A stretch of DNA of 64,000 nt from Candidatus Tayloriibacteriota bacterium. Lineage in GTDB: Bacteria > Patescibacteriota > Minisyncoccia > Phycocordibacterales > CAIZLB01. Position 1 is the first letter of the stretch. Every line of letters starts with the position of its first letter. A program made the translations under genes and the position numbers. Of this stretch, positions 19,851 through 30,693 are shown one piece after another. The stretch lies in contig VEQN01000001.1 of the NCBI GenBank assembly GCA_018883165.1, positions 21,949-85,948 of the forward strand, read 5' to 3'. The notes under the pieces are model-generated. The model did not search any database. It was not told where the DNA came from and saw nothing but the letters and a program-made list of their open reading frames with translations.

Positions 19851-21000
19851 GTGAAAGAATAGTTAAAGGGGTAGTTGTAGAATTTATGCCAAGAAAGAGC
19901 TCATCACCTACACACAGAGCAGATGTAACTCTTCCGGAAAGATCCATACCGGTTACTTTCTTTAGATCAGTATCAAATATTTGTAGCTCCTGGTTGGAAT
20001 TCGATGTACCAACAATGTGTTTTTCTTCTCCTGATATGATGATATCAATACTTGAACCAACTTTGGCAGACATTTTTGATATCAATGAATTATCTTCTTC
20101 AGACAAATATGCCAGTTCATCATTTCCTCTACTCCTACCGAAGATGACCCCTTCCTTGTATATATCCAAAGATCTACCATTACCTGAAAAACCAGGCGCA
20201 TCATATGTATATATTTTATTCAACATACCATCCTCAAACTTATACACTTCAATCTCTGGATCAGATGGCCCAAGTACATATACCAAGTCATCAATGGAAT
20301 ACATATCATATATGCCATATCCAGTTTCGATACGTTGTAGGATTCGACAAGAAGTATCTATGACAAATATTTCAGGCCCGTCATTCTTTTCAAACCCAAC
20401 GATTAACATATTTAGAGCTGCTGTAATGACTCTGGGTACTCTTTGATCGTTCCGAACGGTCTTAAGCACACATGAGTTCTGCAAACTCAGACTACTATTT
20501 TGATACGTCACATGTTGCACATCGGAAGACACACCTGTATTCGTGAGATATATCGATGACCCTACGAATGTCATGTCGCTTGTACCCGGACCAGTATGTA
20601 GACTCGCTTGTATGGTTTTAGATATCGGATCAAATACAGCAATGTCATGGTCACTGGTACTTGCCGAGTTTAATGACATGTATATATCCCCACCCAGCAT
20701 CTTCATACTTGAAATGACAGTGGTAGTTCCAAACTGTAGCCCTACTTCAATCTTCTTGAGTACACCAGGATTCTTAAGAAAAGATGTACATATTTTTATA
20801 CCCCCCAGATCTGCTGATCTTCTCAATACACCTGTTACACTTTTTCCTTGAATCTCATGCATTTTAGTAAATATATTTGAGTGCATAGTATTTGATTTTA
20901 AATATACAGATATTTGAAATATCGGAATGCAAATGAGGACCAAGAGACCCATTGCAAGTAATATCTCTAAAATCATGAATCCTTTGTTATGGTGATACAT
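19843..21000 (-). CDS. Large prepilin-type protein with probable beta-propeller-like domain
   Basis: KG|FMILE motif after ATG 21000; repeated beta-rich units. Confidence 0.7.
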   Translation of the reverse strand: MYHHNKGFMILEILLAMGLLVLICIPIFQISVYLKSNTMHSNIFTKMHEIQGKSVTGVLRRSADLGGIKICTSFLKNPGVLKKIEVGLQFGTTTVISSMKMLGGDIYMSLNSASTSDHDIAVFDPISKTIQASLHTGPGTSDMTFVGSSIYLTNTGVSSDVQHVTYQNSSLSLQNSCVLKTVRNDQRVPRVITAALNMLIVGFEKNDGPEIFVIDTSCRILQRIETGYGIYDMYSIDDLVYVLGPSDPEIEVYKFEDGMLNKIYTYDAPGFSGNGRSLDIYKEGVIFGRSRGNDELAYLSEEDNSLISKMSAKVGSSIDIIISGEEKHIVGTSNSNQELQIFDTDLKKVTGMDLSGRVTSALCVGDELFLGINSTTTPLTILSHE

Positions 21001-22021
21001 GTTCAACAATTGAATACATCGGTTGAATAACAGAAAGGGAAACAAAAAGAACTACGCCTGCGATACAAAACATCAACACAGGCTCAACCCATTTCGATAT
21101 CCTTCGGTGAAGCTTTGATATATCTTCGGTATATATCTTTGACAAATATGAAAGTGAGGCATCGAGTCTCCCTGTTGCCTCACCGACCATGGAAAGCTCA
21201 ACCCATGGTGTGTGTTTAAAATATCTAGTTGCTTGAAGTGCGGTGCTTAGTGTCACACCCTGAGATATCATCTCGCACATAATATGCATGTCCTTTTGTA
21301 TTGGAATATACTTTAGATCCTGAAGCACGTTATTCATTGCATCAGCAAGTGATGATTCAGATTTCAACAAGACCTCAAGTGAACGTGATATATGCAATGA
21401 GTAATTGCTAAATATGAATGTGGCTAAAACTGGTACCTTCAAGAACATACTTTGAATATATTCTCTTACAGCAACATATTCACCATACACATATTTCACA
21501 ACATATATTACAAGTACACTCATCAAAAGTATTACCAGGATATTACCTTCTACAAAACCAGTACATAACAGAATGAGTTTGGTAGCGTACGGTACATCAA
21601 CTTTCATTGAAGAAAATATGGGTAATATTTTCGGGAATATGAACGAGACAATTGCATACGACATACAAATTGAAAACAGGAATATGAGTGTCGGATATGT
21701 AATACTCTCAACAAGTTTTCTCCTTACTTCAGCTTTCTTTTCAATATACTCTGCAATTCTCAAGAACCCATTATTAAAATCTCCACTTTTCTCTGCGGAT
21801 TTAATCATCGATATCACAGTTGAATCCCCTCCAACCACATGTACAATATGTACAAAAGACTCAGAAACTGGTTTTCCCTCGAGAATCTTTTCTTTTACAA
21901 TCCCGATACCATTACATATCTTCCGATCTTTAATTTTTCTCTCAATCAGCGTAAGAGCTTCCGGGATGGTCATTGGAACTTGTATGAAATATGACAAATA
22001 CACAAAGAGATCAGCCTTCAT
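20987..22021 (-). CDS. Type II secretion F / PilC family platform protein
   Basis: SAEKSG, TYP, VGEATGRLD, WVEPVLM, QPMYS. Confidence 0.9.
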   Translation of the reverse strand: MKADLFVYLSYFIQVPMTIPEALTLIERKIKDRKICNGIGIVKEKILEGKPVSESFVHIVHVVGGDSTVISMIKSAEKSGDFNNGFLRIAEYIEKKAEVRRKLVESITYPTLIFLFSICMSYAIVSFIFPKILPIFSSMKVDVPYATKLILLCTGFVEGNILVILLMSVLVIYVVKYVYGEYVAVREYIQSMFLKVPVLATFIFSNYSLHISRSLEVLLKSESSLADAMNNVLQDLKYIPIQKDMHIMCEMISQGVTLSTALQATRYFKHTPWVELSMVGEATGRLDASLSYLSKIYTEDISKLHRRISKWVEPVLMFCIAGVVLFVSLSVIQPMYSIVEHVSP

Positions 22022-22956
22022 GAGTAATTGCGAATTACGTCTGACAATTCACCAGAAAGCACTTCGTATATCCCTTTCCTGGAAATTAACCTACCCTCAT
22101 CGTCATGAATAGGTACAAGCTGCTGACCGATGACCAGCTGAAGTAGCGGTAACACTCCTTTTGAAACACCAAGATCAATCAATCTCCCCACCACCCCGTA
22201 CGCTTTATCTGCATGAATTGACGCAATTACAAGATGACCAGTAAGTGCTGCTCTGAACGCGAGTTGTGCCGTATCAGTGTCTCTGATTTCACCAATGACT
22301 ATAACCTCAGGATCTTGTCTCAAGACCGCTTTCAAACCTTCAATGAATGGAAACGTTTTTTCTTGAATCTGTATTTGTCTAACACCAGGAACAACATACT
22401 CAACAGGATCTTCAATCGTCACTATATTTTTTCCTTGCTGTGCAAGTTCTTGCACACAGGCATATATTGTCGTTGTCTTACCACTTCCGGTAGCACCAGA
22501 AACCAGTATCATACCTTTACCCCTATCTAGCACATCTTCAAGAAGTGATTGCTGTACCGCAGTGAATCCAAGCGCTTCAAACGAAACGTCCCTTCTGAGC
22601 TTTGGACGGAGTAGTCGTATGACTGCATTTTCACCATAGAATGTTGGAACAATCGAGACTCGCATATCAACACGTTCATTTCTGAATGAGTAGGTACACC
22701 TTCCATCTTGTGCTCTATCGTGTACGTCAGTTCGTATCTTACTCAATACCTTTATCCTTCCGATGATTTCATCCTTGAGTTTCTTATCAATCTCTTCATA
22801 TTTCTCAAGAACTCCAAGTACCCGAAACCGTATCGATACCAATTCTTCTCCAGGGTCAATATGAATATCACTTGCGCCAGCATTACACGCTGCTTCAAAG
22901 ACCGTATGAACAAACGTGCTCATAAGTCCAACATCAGTAAGTACTCTATGCTTCAT
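22018..22956 (-). CDS. GspE/PilB/ComGA family assembly ATPase (short)
   Basis: ASDIHIDP, QDGR, GATGSGKTTT, TIEDPVEY, LRQDPEVIVIGEIRD, TGHLV. Confidence 0.92.
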   Translation of the reverse strand: MKHRVLTDVGLMSTFVHTVFEAACNAGASDIHIDPGEELVSIRFRVLGVLEKYEEIDKKLKDEIIGRIKVLSKIRTDVHDRAQDGRCTYSFRNERVDMRVSIVPTFYGENAVIRLLRPKLRRDVSFEALGFTAVQQSLLEDVLDRGKGMILVSGATGSGKTTTIYACVQELAQQGKNIVTIEDPVEYVVPGVRQIQIQEKTFPFIEGLKAVLRQDPEVIVIGEIRDTDTAQLAFRAALTGHLVIASIHADKAYGVVGRLIDLGVSKGVLPLLQLVIGQQLVPIHDDEGRLISRKGIYEVLSGELSDVIRNYS

Positions 22957-23006
22957 GCAGAGAATATACTGAATTCGGATGAAAAACAGATTAAGAAAAT
23001 ATAACT

Positions 23007-23804
23007 TTACAGATCTATACAGTCCGATATATCAAATTGACCAATTCTCGTACGTTTAATATGAAAAGCGATACCTTCTGAACCACACTTTTTCGATATA
23101 TCATTTGCAAGTGTTCTCATGTATGTACCAGATGATGCCGATACTCGAATCCTGAATGCTTTCAACACCTCACTATGTGTACACTTTTTCCATGAATCCA
23201 AGATGGGGCCTTGCCTAAATTCTCCAGAGACCAAAGCATGCGTATTCTCAATTATTGAAAGCACATCCACCATCGAAACAGATCTAGATTCAACATATTC
23301 GATAGAGTGTATATATGAAGTAAAAGTTGGTAATTCCACTTCAGATATCTTACCCTCTTTTGCTAATACATGGAGAGGAACCCCATTTACTGTCTTTGAA
23401 GAGTATGCAGGATACGTACTTGTATATGTACCCACAAATGAATTACATATAGTCTTAAATAGATCATCAGAAATATCCACCGGATTAAAGTATGTTACCA
23501 AACCTAATGTATCCCCTGTATCTGTGGCAACACCAGTGAGCACCTCAACCTCATATACCTTATCCAAAGAAAGAAATTCTTCTCTTCTCTTGTTATAAGC
23601 GCCTGAAAGTACCAAAAGCACACCTTCAGCTAAAGGATCGAGTCTCCCTGCATATGATAAAGGAATATCATTAAGTATCGGATACAACTCACGAAGTCGC
23701 CCCAATGACTCGAGCGGCGTCTCCCCTCGTCTTTTATATACACAAATCAGGCCGTCTACAACACCACGGGCTAAATCGATTGAGGAGATGGTCACAGGTT
23801 TCAT
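23007..23804 (-). CDS. truB: tRNA pseudouridine(55) synthase-like protein
   Basis: YAGRLDPLAEGVL, KVYEV, PAYSS, SSGTYMRTL, RTRIGQF. Confidence 0.85.
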   Translation of the reverse strand: MKPVTISSIDLARGVVDGLICVYKRRGETPLESLGRLRELYPILNDIPLSYAGRLDPLAEGVLLVLSGAYNKRREEFLSLDKVYEVEVLTGVATDTGDTLGLVTYFNPVDISDDLFKTICNSFVGTYTSTYPAYSSKTVNGVPLHVLAKEGKISEVELPTFTSYIHSIEYVESRSVSMVDVLSIIENTHALVSGEFRQGPILDSWKKCTHSEVLKAFRIRVSASSGTYMRTLANDISKKCGSEGIAFHIKRTRIGQFDISDCIDL

Positions 23805-23827
23805 AATACTGTAGAATAATACCTATC

Positions 23828-25069
23828 ATGGCTAAAAACACCAGTCTATCAACCGAAAGCTACAAAGGGGTTAGAGATTTCTACCCTGAGGATATGGCAA
23901 TCCAAAATTATATATTTAACACCTGGAAAAAGACTGTTGAGAAGTTTGGGTACGTGGAATACACAGCATCAATACTCGAACCCGCAGAATTGTATCGAGC
24001 AAAATCAGGCGAAGAAATTGTAAATGAACAAACATATACCTTTGTCGACCGTGGAGATCGAGAAGTTACACTTCGTCCTGAAATGACACCGACCGTTGCA
24101 CGACTCGTAGCTGGTAAAAAAAGAGATTTAGGTTTCCCTCTTCGATGGTACTCAATCCCAAACGTATTTAGATATGAAAGACCACAGCGAGGAAGACTTC
24201 GAGAACACTGGCAACTAAATGTTGATGCATTTGGAGTACCTGGAACAGAAATTGATGTTGAAGCAATTACTCTTGCATATGAAATCATGAAAGCATTCGG
24301 TGCCAATGATTCAGATTTCGGCATTAAGATTAGTAGTCGAAAACTTCTCAATGCAATATTTAGTACTTGGTACGAGCTTGATGAACAGAAATCAAAAGCG
24401 CTACAGAAGCTCATAGACAAGAAGAAGAAAATGCCTGAAGAAGTGTTTGCGGTTGAAGCAGAGAAAATAGTTGGTAAACCATTTTCATTCCTCAATACCC
24501 AAAGTAGTGAATACCAAGAAGCGATGGCAATCCCTGTAATCAGAGAAGCAAAAGAAGAACTGGACTCAATCATTGAAACTCTCAATAAAAGAGGTATTAA
24601 GAATGTTGAGTATGATGAAACACTCATCCGTGGTTTCGATTACTACACAGGTACTGTATTTGAAGTATTTGATACAAACCCTGAAAACAACAGATCTCTG
24701 TTTGGTGGCGGCAGATATGACGAACTTCTTGCACTCTTTGGCGGTGAATCACTCCCCGCTTTTGGCTTCGGTATGGGAGACGTTACGATTCGAGATTTCC
24801 TTGAAACACGAAATCTTCTTCCAAAATACACATCCTCTGCCTCATATATGATTTGCATCATGGACAAATCTGCAACAGACTACGCTGATCAGGTGGCAAA
24901 AGAGCTTAGAAATGAAGGTAAAAATGTCTGCGTAAACTATTCATACAAGTCTATCGGAGACCAGATAAAATCTGCTCTAAAACAATCTATACAATACTGT
25001 ATAGTCATCGGTGAGGATGAGGTAAAAAACAAGACATACACAATCAAAGATTTAACAAAAGAAGCTTAG
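23828..25069 (+). CDS. hisS: Histidine--tRNA ligase
   Basis: KGVRDF, LRPEMT, FRYERPQRGRLREHWQ, RGFDYYTG, GGGRYD. Confidence 0.97.
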   Translation: MAKNTSLSTESYKGVRDFYPEDMAIQNYIFNTWKKTVEKFGYVEYTASILEPAELYRAKSGEEIVNEQTYTFVDRGDREVTLRPEMTPTVARLVAGKKRDLGFPLRWYSIPNVFRYERPQRGRLREHWQLNVDAFGVPGTEIDVEAITLAYEIMKAFGANDSDFGIKISSRKLLNAIFSTWYELDEQKSKALQKLIDKKKKMPEEVFAVEAEKIVGKPFSFLNTQSSEYQEAMAIPVIREAKEELDSIIETLNKRGIKNVEYDETLIRGFDYYTGTVFEVFDTNPENNRSLFGGGRYDELLALFGGESLPAFGFGMGDVTIRDFLETRNLLPKYTSSASYMICIMDKSATDYADQVAKELRNEGKNVCVNYSYKSIGDQIKSALKQSIQYCIVIGEDEVKNKTYTIKDLTKEA

Positions 25070-25090
25070 TCATATATATTTGATATTCAT

Positions 25091-25666
25091 ATGCGAAAAA
25101 TTGTTTTAGATATTGAAACTAGAAATACGTTCCAAGAAGTTGGTAAGGCTGACCCTGTCCTTCTTGATATTTCAGTAGTCTGTATATATGACTCAGAAAC
25201 AGATTCATATTCAAGTTACCTACAGGAAAACCTACCCAAACTTTGGCCAATTCTTGAGAAAGCGGACCAGATCATAACATTCAATGGTGATCATTTTGAT
25301 ATTCCGATTCTAAATAAATATTACCCAGGTGATCTTCTCCAAATTAAACAGCTCGACTTACTAAAAGAAGTAAAAAAGAGTTTGGGACACAGAGTGGGCC
25401 TTGGCTCAATTGCAGAAGCAACGCTTGGAGTCGGCAAAAGTGGTCACGGACTCGATGCCATAGAGTGGTGGAAAAAGGGTGAGATTGATAAAATCATCAA
25501 ATACTGTATCGATGATGTAAAAGTAACAAAAGGCGTCTACGAGTATGCTCTTGAGCACAAGAAACTTAAATTTAAGGATGGTACAAATATTGCTGAATTT
25601 GCAATAGATACGACAGGTTGGCAAGATGTTGAAGAGAGTAAAATGACATTTAGCCTCCCGTTCTAG
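25091..25666 (+). CDS. RNase H-like (DEDD) exonuclease domain protein
   Basis: LDIET, TFNGDHFD, YCIDDV. Confidence 0.85.
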   Translation: MRKIVLDIETRNTFQEVGKADPVLLDISVVCIYDSETDSYSSYLQENLPKLWPILEKADQIITFNGDHFDIPILNKYYPGDLLQIKQLDLLKEVKKSLGHRVGLGSIAEATLGVGKSGHGLDAIEWWKKGEIDKIIKYCIDDVKVTKGVYEYALEHKKLKFKDGTNIAEFAIDTTGWQDVEESKMTFSLPF

Positions 25667-25768
25667 ACAAAACAAATATTTGTTCCCTTATATTCTTCCC
25701 CAGACAAGAACATTTACCCCTATGGTATACTTATCTCATATTTATCAATAATTTGAGTAATACGTAAT

Positions 25769-26530
25769 ATGAATGGAGAGACAAACAAACTCATAGTGCC
25801 AATATCGATAATCGTTGCAGGTGCACTTATCGCTCTTGGTATCTATTTCTCAGGACAAGGTAACACTGATGGAGGTAAAGTAAAGAAAGGTGGCGCACAA
25901 GGAATCATTGAAGATACACTTGGCGAACCAGATCAACCTGAAATTGTAGTAAAACCGGTAACAGCTGCGGACCATATTCGAGGAAGCATTGATGCAAAGG
26001 TTAAAATCGTGGAATATTCAGATACAGAATGTCCATTCTGTAAGCGATATCACGGTACACTTAAGCAAATCTTTGATGAGTACGGTAGCAGTGACAAGGT
26101 AGCTTGGGTATACAGACATTTCCCACTTGATATGCACAAGAAAGCACCTAAAGAAGCTGAAGCTACCGAATGCGCAAACGAAGTTGGTGGCAAAGAAGCA
26201 TTCTGGAAATATATCGACCTTCTGTACGCAACAACAAATGGTAACGACTCACTTGACCTTGCTGAACTTCCAAAGATGGCTGAGAAAGTCGGTCTTGATG
26301 TGAATGCATTCAATACCTGCCTAAACAGTGGAAAGTATGCCGCAAAGATTAACGAAGCAAAGACAGACGGATTTAACGCCGGAGCACGAGGAACACCATA
26401 TACTGTTCTCATAGTTCAAAACGGACGAAAGACAGAGACAGTTCCTTTGGTTGATAGTGAAGGTAATGGACTTGGAGCTCTTCAGTACCCTGCTCTCAAG
26501 AAGATCATCGACAAACTACTCGCACAGTAA
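25769..26530 (+). CDS. Membrane-anchored DsbA/BdbD-type thiol-disulfide oxidoreductase
   Basis: N-terminal TM, EYSDTECPFC, RHFPL, GTP. Confidence 0.92.
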   Translation: MNGETNKLIVPISIIVAGALIALGIYFSGQGNTDGGKVKKGGAQGIIEDTLGEPDQPEIVVKPVTAADHIRGSIDAKVKIVEYSDTECPFCKRYHGTLKQIFDEYGSSDKVAWVYRHFPLDMHKKAPKEAEATECANEVGGKEAFWKYIDLLYATTNGNDSLDLAELPKMAEKVGLDVNAFNTCLNSGKYAAKINEAKTDGFNAGARGTPYTVLIVQNGRKTETVPLVDSEGNGLGALQYPALKKIIDKLLAQ

Positions 26531-26540
26531 ACAAATCGAT

Positions 26541-26580
26541 GTAATAAAAAACACCAGGCACTCCTGGTGTTTTTTATTAC
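26541..26580. terminator. Bidirectional terminator
   Basis: Perfect 18-bp inverted repeat GTAATAAAAAACACCAGG-cact-CCTGGTGTTTTTTATTAC. Confidence 0.92.
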
Positions 26581-29500
26581 TTATATCTTACCTGCCAACA
26601 AATCATCTTCGAATGCTTTGATACCCTCTAAATCCTTGCTGTACCCATCTGTATTTGGAAAATCAAGATTTCGTATCTTGTTATATACAATCAATAGCAG
26701 TTTTTCTACTCGCTCCTTACTCTCCACATCTTCCTCAAGTGACAACTCAGCAATTTGCCCATTCTTCATAGGTTCGACGAATTGTAATATACCTTTCTCA
26801 AACCTATACTTGTCTTTCCATTCACGCGCTTTCTCAATGAGAATGTGATAGAACATCAACTGTCTTCGGTATTCATACAGTTTAATTTCCTCATAAGAAG
26901 AAATGGCTTTCCATTCATTTTTTGGTTTACCGGTTTTGTAGTCAATTACAACAATTCTACCCCCGGGAAGCTCTACACACTTGTCGATCTTTCCTGTAAG
27001 GTGCGCCTCGAGTCCGCCCTCAGAAAGTACAATTCCCTGATCTTTGAAGTTTACTTCCGTCTTATCAGTAGATTTAAACTCGGATATCTTTTGGTCATAG
27101 AATGAGGAGATAGCCTCAACGCCACGCTCACTAAACAAGTCAAAATCAGCTGGTGCCAATCTTTCTCTTCGAAGATATTCCAAGAACCACTCTGTGCAAG
27201 TTTCCTTACTCACCACTTCGCCATCAAATCTAAGCTTTACCGATATTCTCTCTAGCGTATTATGTATCGCCGTACCGTATGCACTCGAAGGTGTCTTTGC
27301 CTGTGGGAACCTGAGTAAATTCTGTTCTAGAAAGATTTGAGGGCCACCCTTGGTTACATTCAAAAAGTTGTTCAAATGCGTTACAGAGAGCTTGTAGTCC
27401 TCTAGGAGTGATTTTAGAAGCTCTTCTTCTTCACCCATGAATGGTGGAGTGTGGTACAAAAGCCATGATGATGTGAGGAGTTCATGGGTTTCAGGCGTAT
27501 ATATGGTTCCGAATTCTTTTTCCATTGGAGCTTCAGTCTCTTCTTGCTCGGTTAAGAATCTTAGCTTTTGAGATTCTCGACCATCATCTTTGACTTTGTA
27601 TGATGTGATATACAGGTTACTTTTTGCTCGAGTCAGTGCTACGTAGAACAAACGAAGCTGATCATCTTCCGTATCACCAGCCGGCTCAATCGGAAGGTTA
27701 CTTGGTAATGATATTCTCTTTGGGGCGCCTCGCCCTGCCCACACCTCATCTTGGCACGAGAGTACGAATACCGTATTGAACTCTAAACCTTTTGCTTTGT
27801 GTGCAGAAAGTAGACTTACTGCTTTTGCAGAGTTTGCAAATGGACTCAGGTCATTGAGTGGAATGTTGTTTGTGGTATGCATATCCACAAACTCAATCAT
27901 GTCTTTCACATGAAGCTGCTCCATTGCCCCATCTCTTCCCTTGTATTCTCGGAGAGCTCTCACAAAGACTCGAAGACTCGACAAGAAAGAGAGGTATTCA
28001 GCTCTGGCATGTTCGAATCTTTCTTTACTAAAATAGTATGACTTGAATGTACTCACATACACATTAGGTGAGAGAGGTTGTTGTACTAATTCTTCCTCAT
28101 CCTCTTCGGACTCACGAATGAGTTCAACATGCGCACCGATAAGTGTGTCTAATATTTTCTCGAGCGGCAGTACCTCTGCTTCTGCTCCTGTGGTTATGAA
28201 AAAGTCAGCAATACGTTTAAGCTCGGCATCTTCGAGCATGCACTCAAGCCACGATTTACCTTCCTTGAAAGACTTCTTTGAGAGATTCCAAATCTTGATT
28301 CTCGGGATCTCGAAAAATGGGAATGCTAATATCTTTGGCAGATATTCATCTGCCTCTACCATGTTCTTTGATGATATTGAATGTATGAATCTCCCAAGAA
28401 GTATGAGCTGTTCGATATGTGGTTCAAGGAATACATTCTGTTCACGCTCATATCTAATCGGCACACGTGCACCTTGAAGAAAAGGAACTAATGCTTCAAG
28501 ATATGCATGCTTCCTTGCAATGACTGCAATTTCTTCTGGTGGTACCCCTGAATCAATGAGAGACTTAATCCTTCTGGATACATAGTGTGCCTCATGGAGA
28601 CTAGTATCAAATACCTTGTGAATTATTTCACCTTTCTTTAGTGATGTATTTGAAGAAACCAAAGATTTTTCAAACGCAGGTAAGATATTCTCAAGTCTAC
28701 TTTCACCCTTTCTAATGATTGCGGTTGCAATATCAAGTATATCTTGTGTAGAACGATAGTTTTCAACCATATTTACCACTTCAACGTCTTTGTACATATC
28801 TTTGAAATTCAATATGTTTGACAGTTCAGCACCTTGAAACTTGTATACAGCTTGATCATCATCACCCACCACCATTATATTCGGCCTCCCCTCATGTACT
28901 GGCGCATCTGCAATGAGTGACAATATCTTCATCTGAGCATTGTTTGTGTCCTGAAACTCATCGACTAATATGTATTGATATTGCTCCTGTAGATCAAACT
29001 TAAGTCTTGGGTGTTTCTGGATCGCTTCAATTACATCAAGGATCATATCATCGAAATCAAAGAGGCATTTTTGGTGCATCACATTCCTGTACTCCTCATA
29101 TATATGCTGTACAGACATCATCTTTTCAAGAGACAATAGGTCTTTGATGGTTTTCTCTCCTTCATCTGTGTTTTTGAACCACTTAGTTTTCCATTTAGAA
29201 ATCGGCTCATTTTTTTCGATCTTCTCTGCAGTATCCAGTGCTTCTGCAAGCGTCTTAACCACAACAGTTTCGAGACTTGGAAATTCTCCGATATATTTAT
29301 TATCATCTAATGCATCAAGAGCTTTTTGAAATTCACCAATCGTTTCTTTCCCCACACGCTTCTCCACTATCGGCACTAGCACATCATTGATGTGAACTAT
29401 TGACTCCCCGTTTCGTTCAAGTATCTCCTTAAGTTTAGATGGTGTGATTCCTGCTTTCTTCAGATATCCAATAACCTTGAGTACATCTTGCAGAAAAATA

Positions 29501-29931
29501 TACCCCTCTTCTGGGTGACTAGCTTTTAAAGGATCTTTGTATGGCAACGTATCGAATATTGATTCTAATATTCCAATTTGTGAAATCTGATCTGCAGGAC
29601 TAAATATTGCACCTTTGTAGAAAAACTCTGGGTACTTCTGGATGATATCAACTGAGAAACTATGGAATGTATGTATTGATACTCGATATGCTTCTGTCCC
29701 GATGAGCTTTGAAAGTCGCTCTCTCATATTTACTGCAGCGGAGTCTGTGAACGTGAGACACAGAATATTTGAAGGAGAAGCTTGAGTCTCCTTCAAAATT
29801 TTTGCCACACGAAGTGAAAGAATTTCTGTTTTTCCAGACCCAGGACCTGCAACAACAAGAAGTGGACCTTCGATGGTGTCTACCGCTTTCTTTTGTGCTT
29901 TGTTTAATTTTTTATATCGTTCTTCAAACAT
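26581..29931 (-). CDS. UvrD-type SF1 helicase fused to C-terminal PD-(D/E)XK nuclease
   Basis: AGPGSGKT, VDEFQD, VGDDDQ, NYRS, HKAKGLEF, YVALTRAK; GKIDK..VIDYKTG. Confidence 0.93.
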   Translation of the reverse strand: MFEERYKKLNKAQKKAVDTIEGPLLVVAGPGSGKTEILSLRVAKILKETQASPSNILCLTFTDSAAVNMRERLSKLIGTEAYRVSIHTFHSFSVDIIQKYPEFFYKGAIFSPADQISQIGILESIFDTLPYKDPLKASHPEEGYIFLQDVLKVIGYLKKAGITPSKLKEILERNGESIVHINDVLVPIVEKRVGKETIGEFQKALDALDDNKYIGEFPSLETVVVKTLAEALDTAEKIEKNEPISKWKTKWFKNTDEGEKTIKDLLSLEKMMSVQHIYEEYRNVMHQKCLFDFDDMILDVIEAIQKHPRLKFDLQEQYQYILVDEFQDTNNAQMKILSLIADAPVHEGRPNIMVVGDDDQAVYKFQGAELSNILNFKDMYKDVEVVNMVENYRSTQDILDIATAIIRKGESRLENILPAFEKSLVSSNTSLKKGEIIHKVFDTSLHEAHYVSRRIKSLIDSGVPPEEIAVIARKHAYLEALVPFLQGARVPIRYEREQNVFLEPHIEQLILLGRFIHSISSKNMVEADEYLPKILAFPFFEIPRIKIWNLSKKSFKEGKSWLECMLEDAELKRIADFFITTGAEAEVLPLEKILDTLIGAHVELIRESEEDEEELVQQPLSPNVYVSTFKSYYFSKERFEHARAEYLSFLSSLRVFVRALREYKGRDGAMEQLHVKDMIEFVDMHTTNNIPLNDLSPFANSAKAVSLLSAHKAKGLEFNTVFVLSCQDEVWAGRGAPKRISLPSNLPIEPAGDTEDDQLRLFYVALTRAKSNLYITSYKVKDDGRESQKLRFLTEQEETEAPMEKEFGTIYTPETHELLTSSWLLYHTPPFMGEEEELLKSLLEDYKLSVTHLNNFLNVTKGGPQIFLEQNLLRFPQAKTPSSAYGTAIHNTLERISVKLRFDGEVVSKETCTEWFLEYLRRERLAPADFDLFSERGVEAISSFYDQKISEFKSTDKTEVNFKDQGIVLSEGGLEAHLTGKIDKCVELPGGRIVVIDYKTGKPKNEWKAISSYEEIKLYEYRRQLMFYHILIEKAREWKDKYRFEKGILQFVEPMKNGQIAELSLEEDVESKERVEKLLLIVYNKIRNLDFPNTDGYSKDLEGIKAFEDDLLAGKI

Positions 29932-29983
29932 ATAACATCTGTATTATATCTCGTATCGTATACAAAAGCAGACATGATATGTA

Positions 29984-30011
29984 TTGACAATCTGTCTTTC
30001 AATTGTATTAT
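29984..30011 (+). promoter_or_regulatory. Sigma70-type promoter of cassette gene
   Basis: TTGACA followed by TG-TATTAT. Confidence 0.65.
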
Positions 30012-30054
30012 ATTAGGCAGTTCTTTCACACAAACCCCACACACTAACACGCAT

Positions 30055-30582
30055 ATGAAATTCCACTTGATTGAAACCCTTGAGTTTGATATCCGCCCTA
30101 AAAAATTTAAGCCCGGTAGACACTTTGGCGAAGGATGGGCACTTAGCCAAACAACAACCGGTCTCACACAAAAACCTGTTGAAGAGGAACTGGCACTGTT
30201 TTTCAAAAGAATAGCCGCCGCCTCAAAACTACCTACCGCTCAAGGGAGAAAAGCTCTCTTCACCAACGCCCTTACGGATGCTGAGGAAAGTACCAAGTAC
30301 ACCGACGCCATCAGCAGGCTGAGTAACGACCTTCTCGGGAGCCCACACTTGCTATGGACTCTCCTCATGGAGAAGGACACGAAACTCCTCAATCATATTG
30401 AAGGAAAGTATGGTGTCGATTTCATCGTGTCATTCGGGAAGATGATTCAACATTCGGGCGATCCAAGACAGCATTATGTCCTCTGGGCCGCCAAAGCGAA
30501 GAATAGACCTGGATGGACCTGGGGCAAGTTTGATGTTAAAGGCAGCAGCGTACTGCAAAATACATCCATCTTGATTCTTTGA
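30055..30582 (+). CDS. Hypothetical protein (stand-alone cassette)
   Basis: ATG 30055 after promoter and A/C-rich leader; terminator follows. Confidence 0.7.
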   Translation: MKFHLIETLEFDIRPKKFKPGRHFGEGWALSQTTTGLTQKPVEEELALFFKRIAAASKLPTAQGRKALFTNALTDAEESTKYTDAISRLSNDLLGSPHLLWTLLMEKDTKLLNHIEGKYGVDFIVSFGKMIQHSGDPRQHYVLWAAKAKNRPGWTWGKFDVKGSSVLQNTSILIL

Positions 30583-30605
30583 TGTAGATGCGTATGCACC
30601 CTTAA

Positions 30606-30638
30606 AGCCCCCGAGCCACAACTCGGGGGCTGCTTCTT
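30606..30638 (+). terminator. Intrinsic terminator
   Basis: AGCCCCCGAG-ccacaa-CTCGGGGGCT then pyrimidine tail. Confidence 0.75.
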
Positions 30639-30693
30639 AAATACGTTTGACTACTACATACAGAAATGATTATATTCATCCTGAATTCGTCCT

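Noticed and set aside
23908-24627. 239-aa minus-strand ORF and many similar overlapping ORFs in the track
   Set aside because: Shadows of clearly identified genes (hisS, rpoB/C, eno and others)
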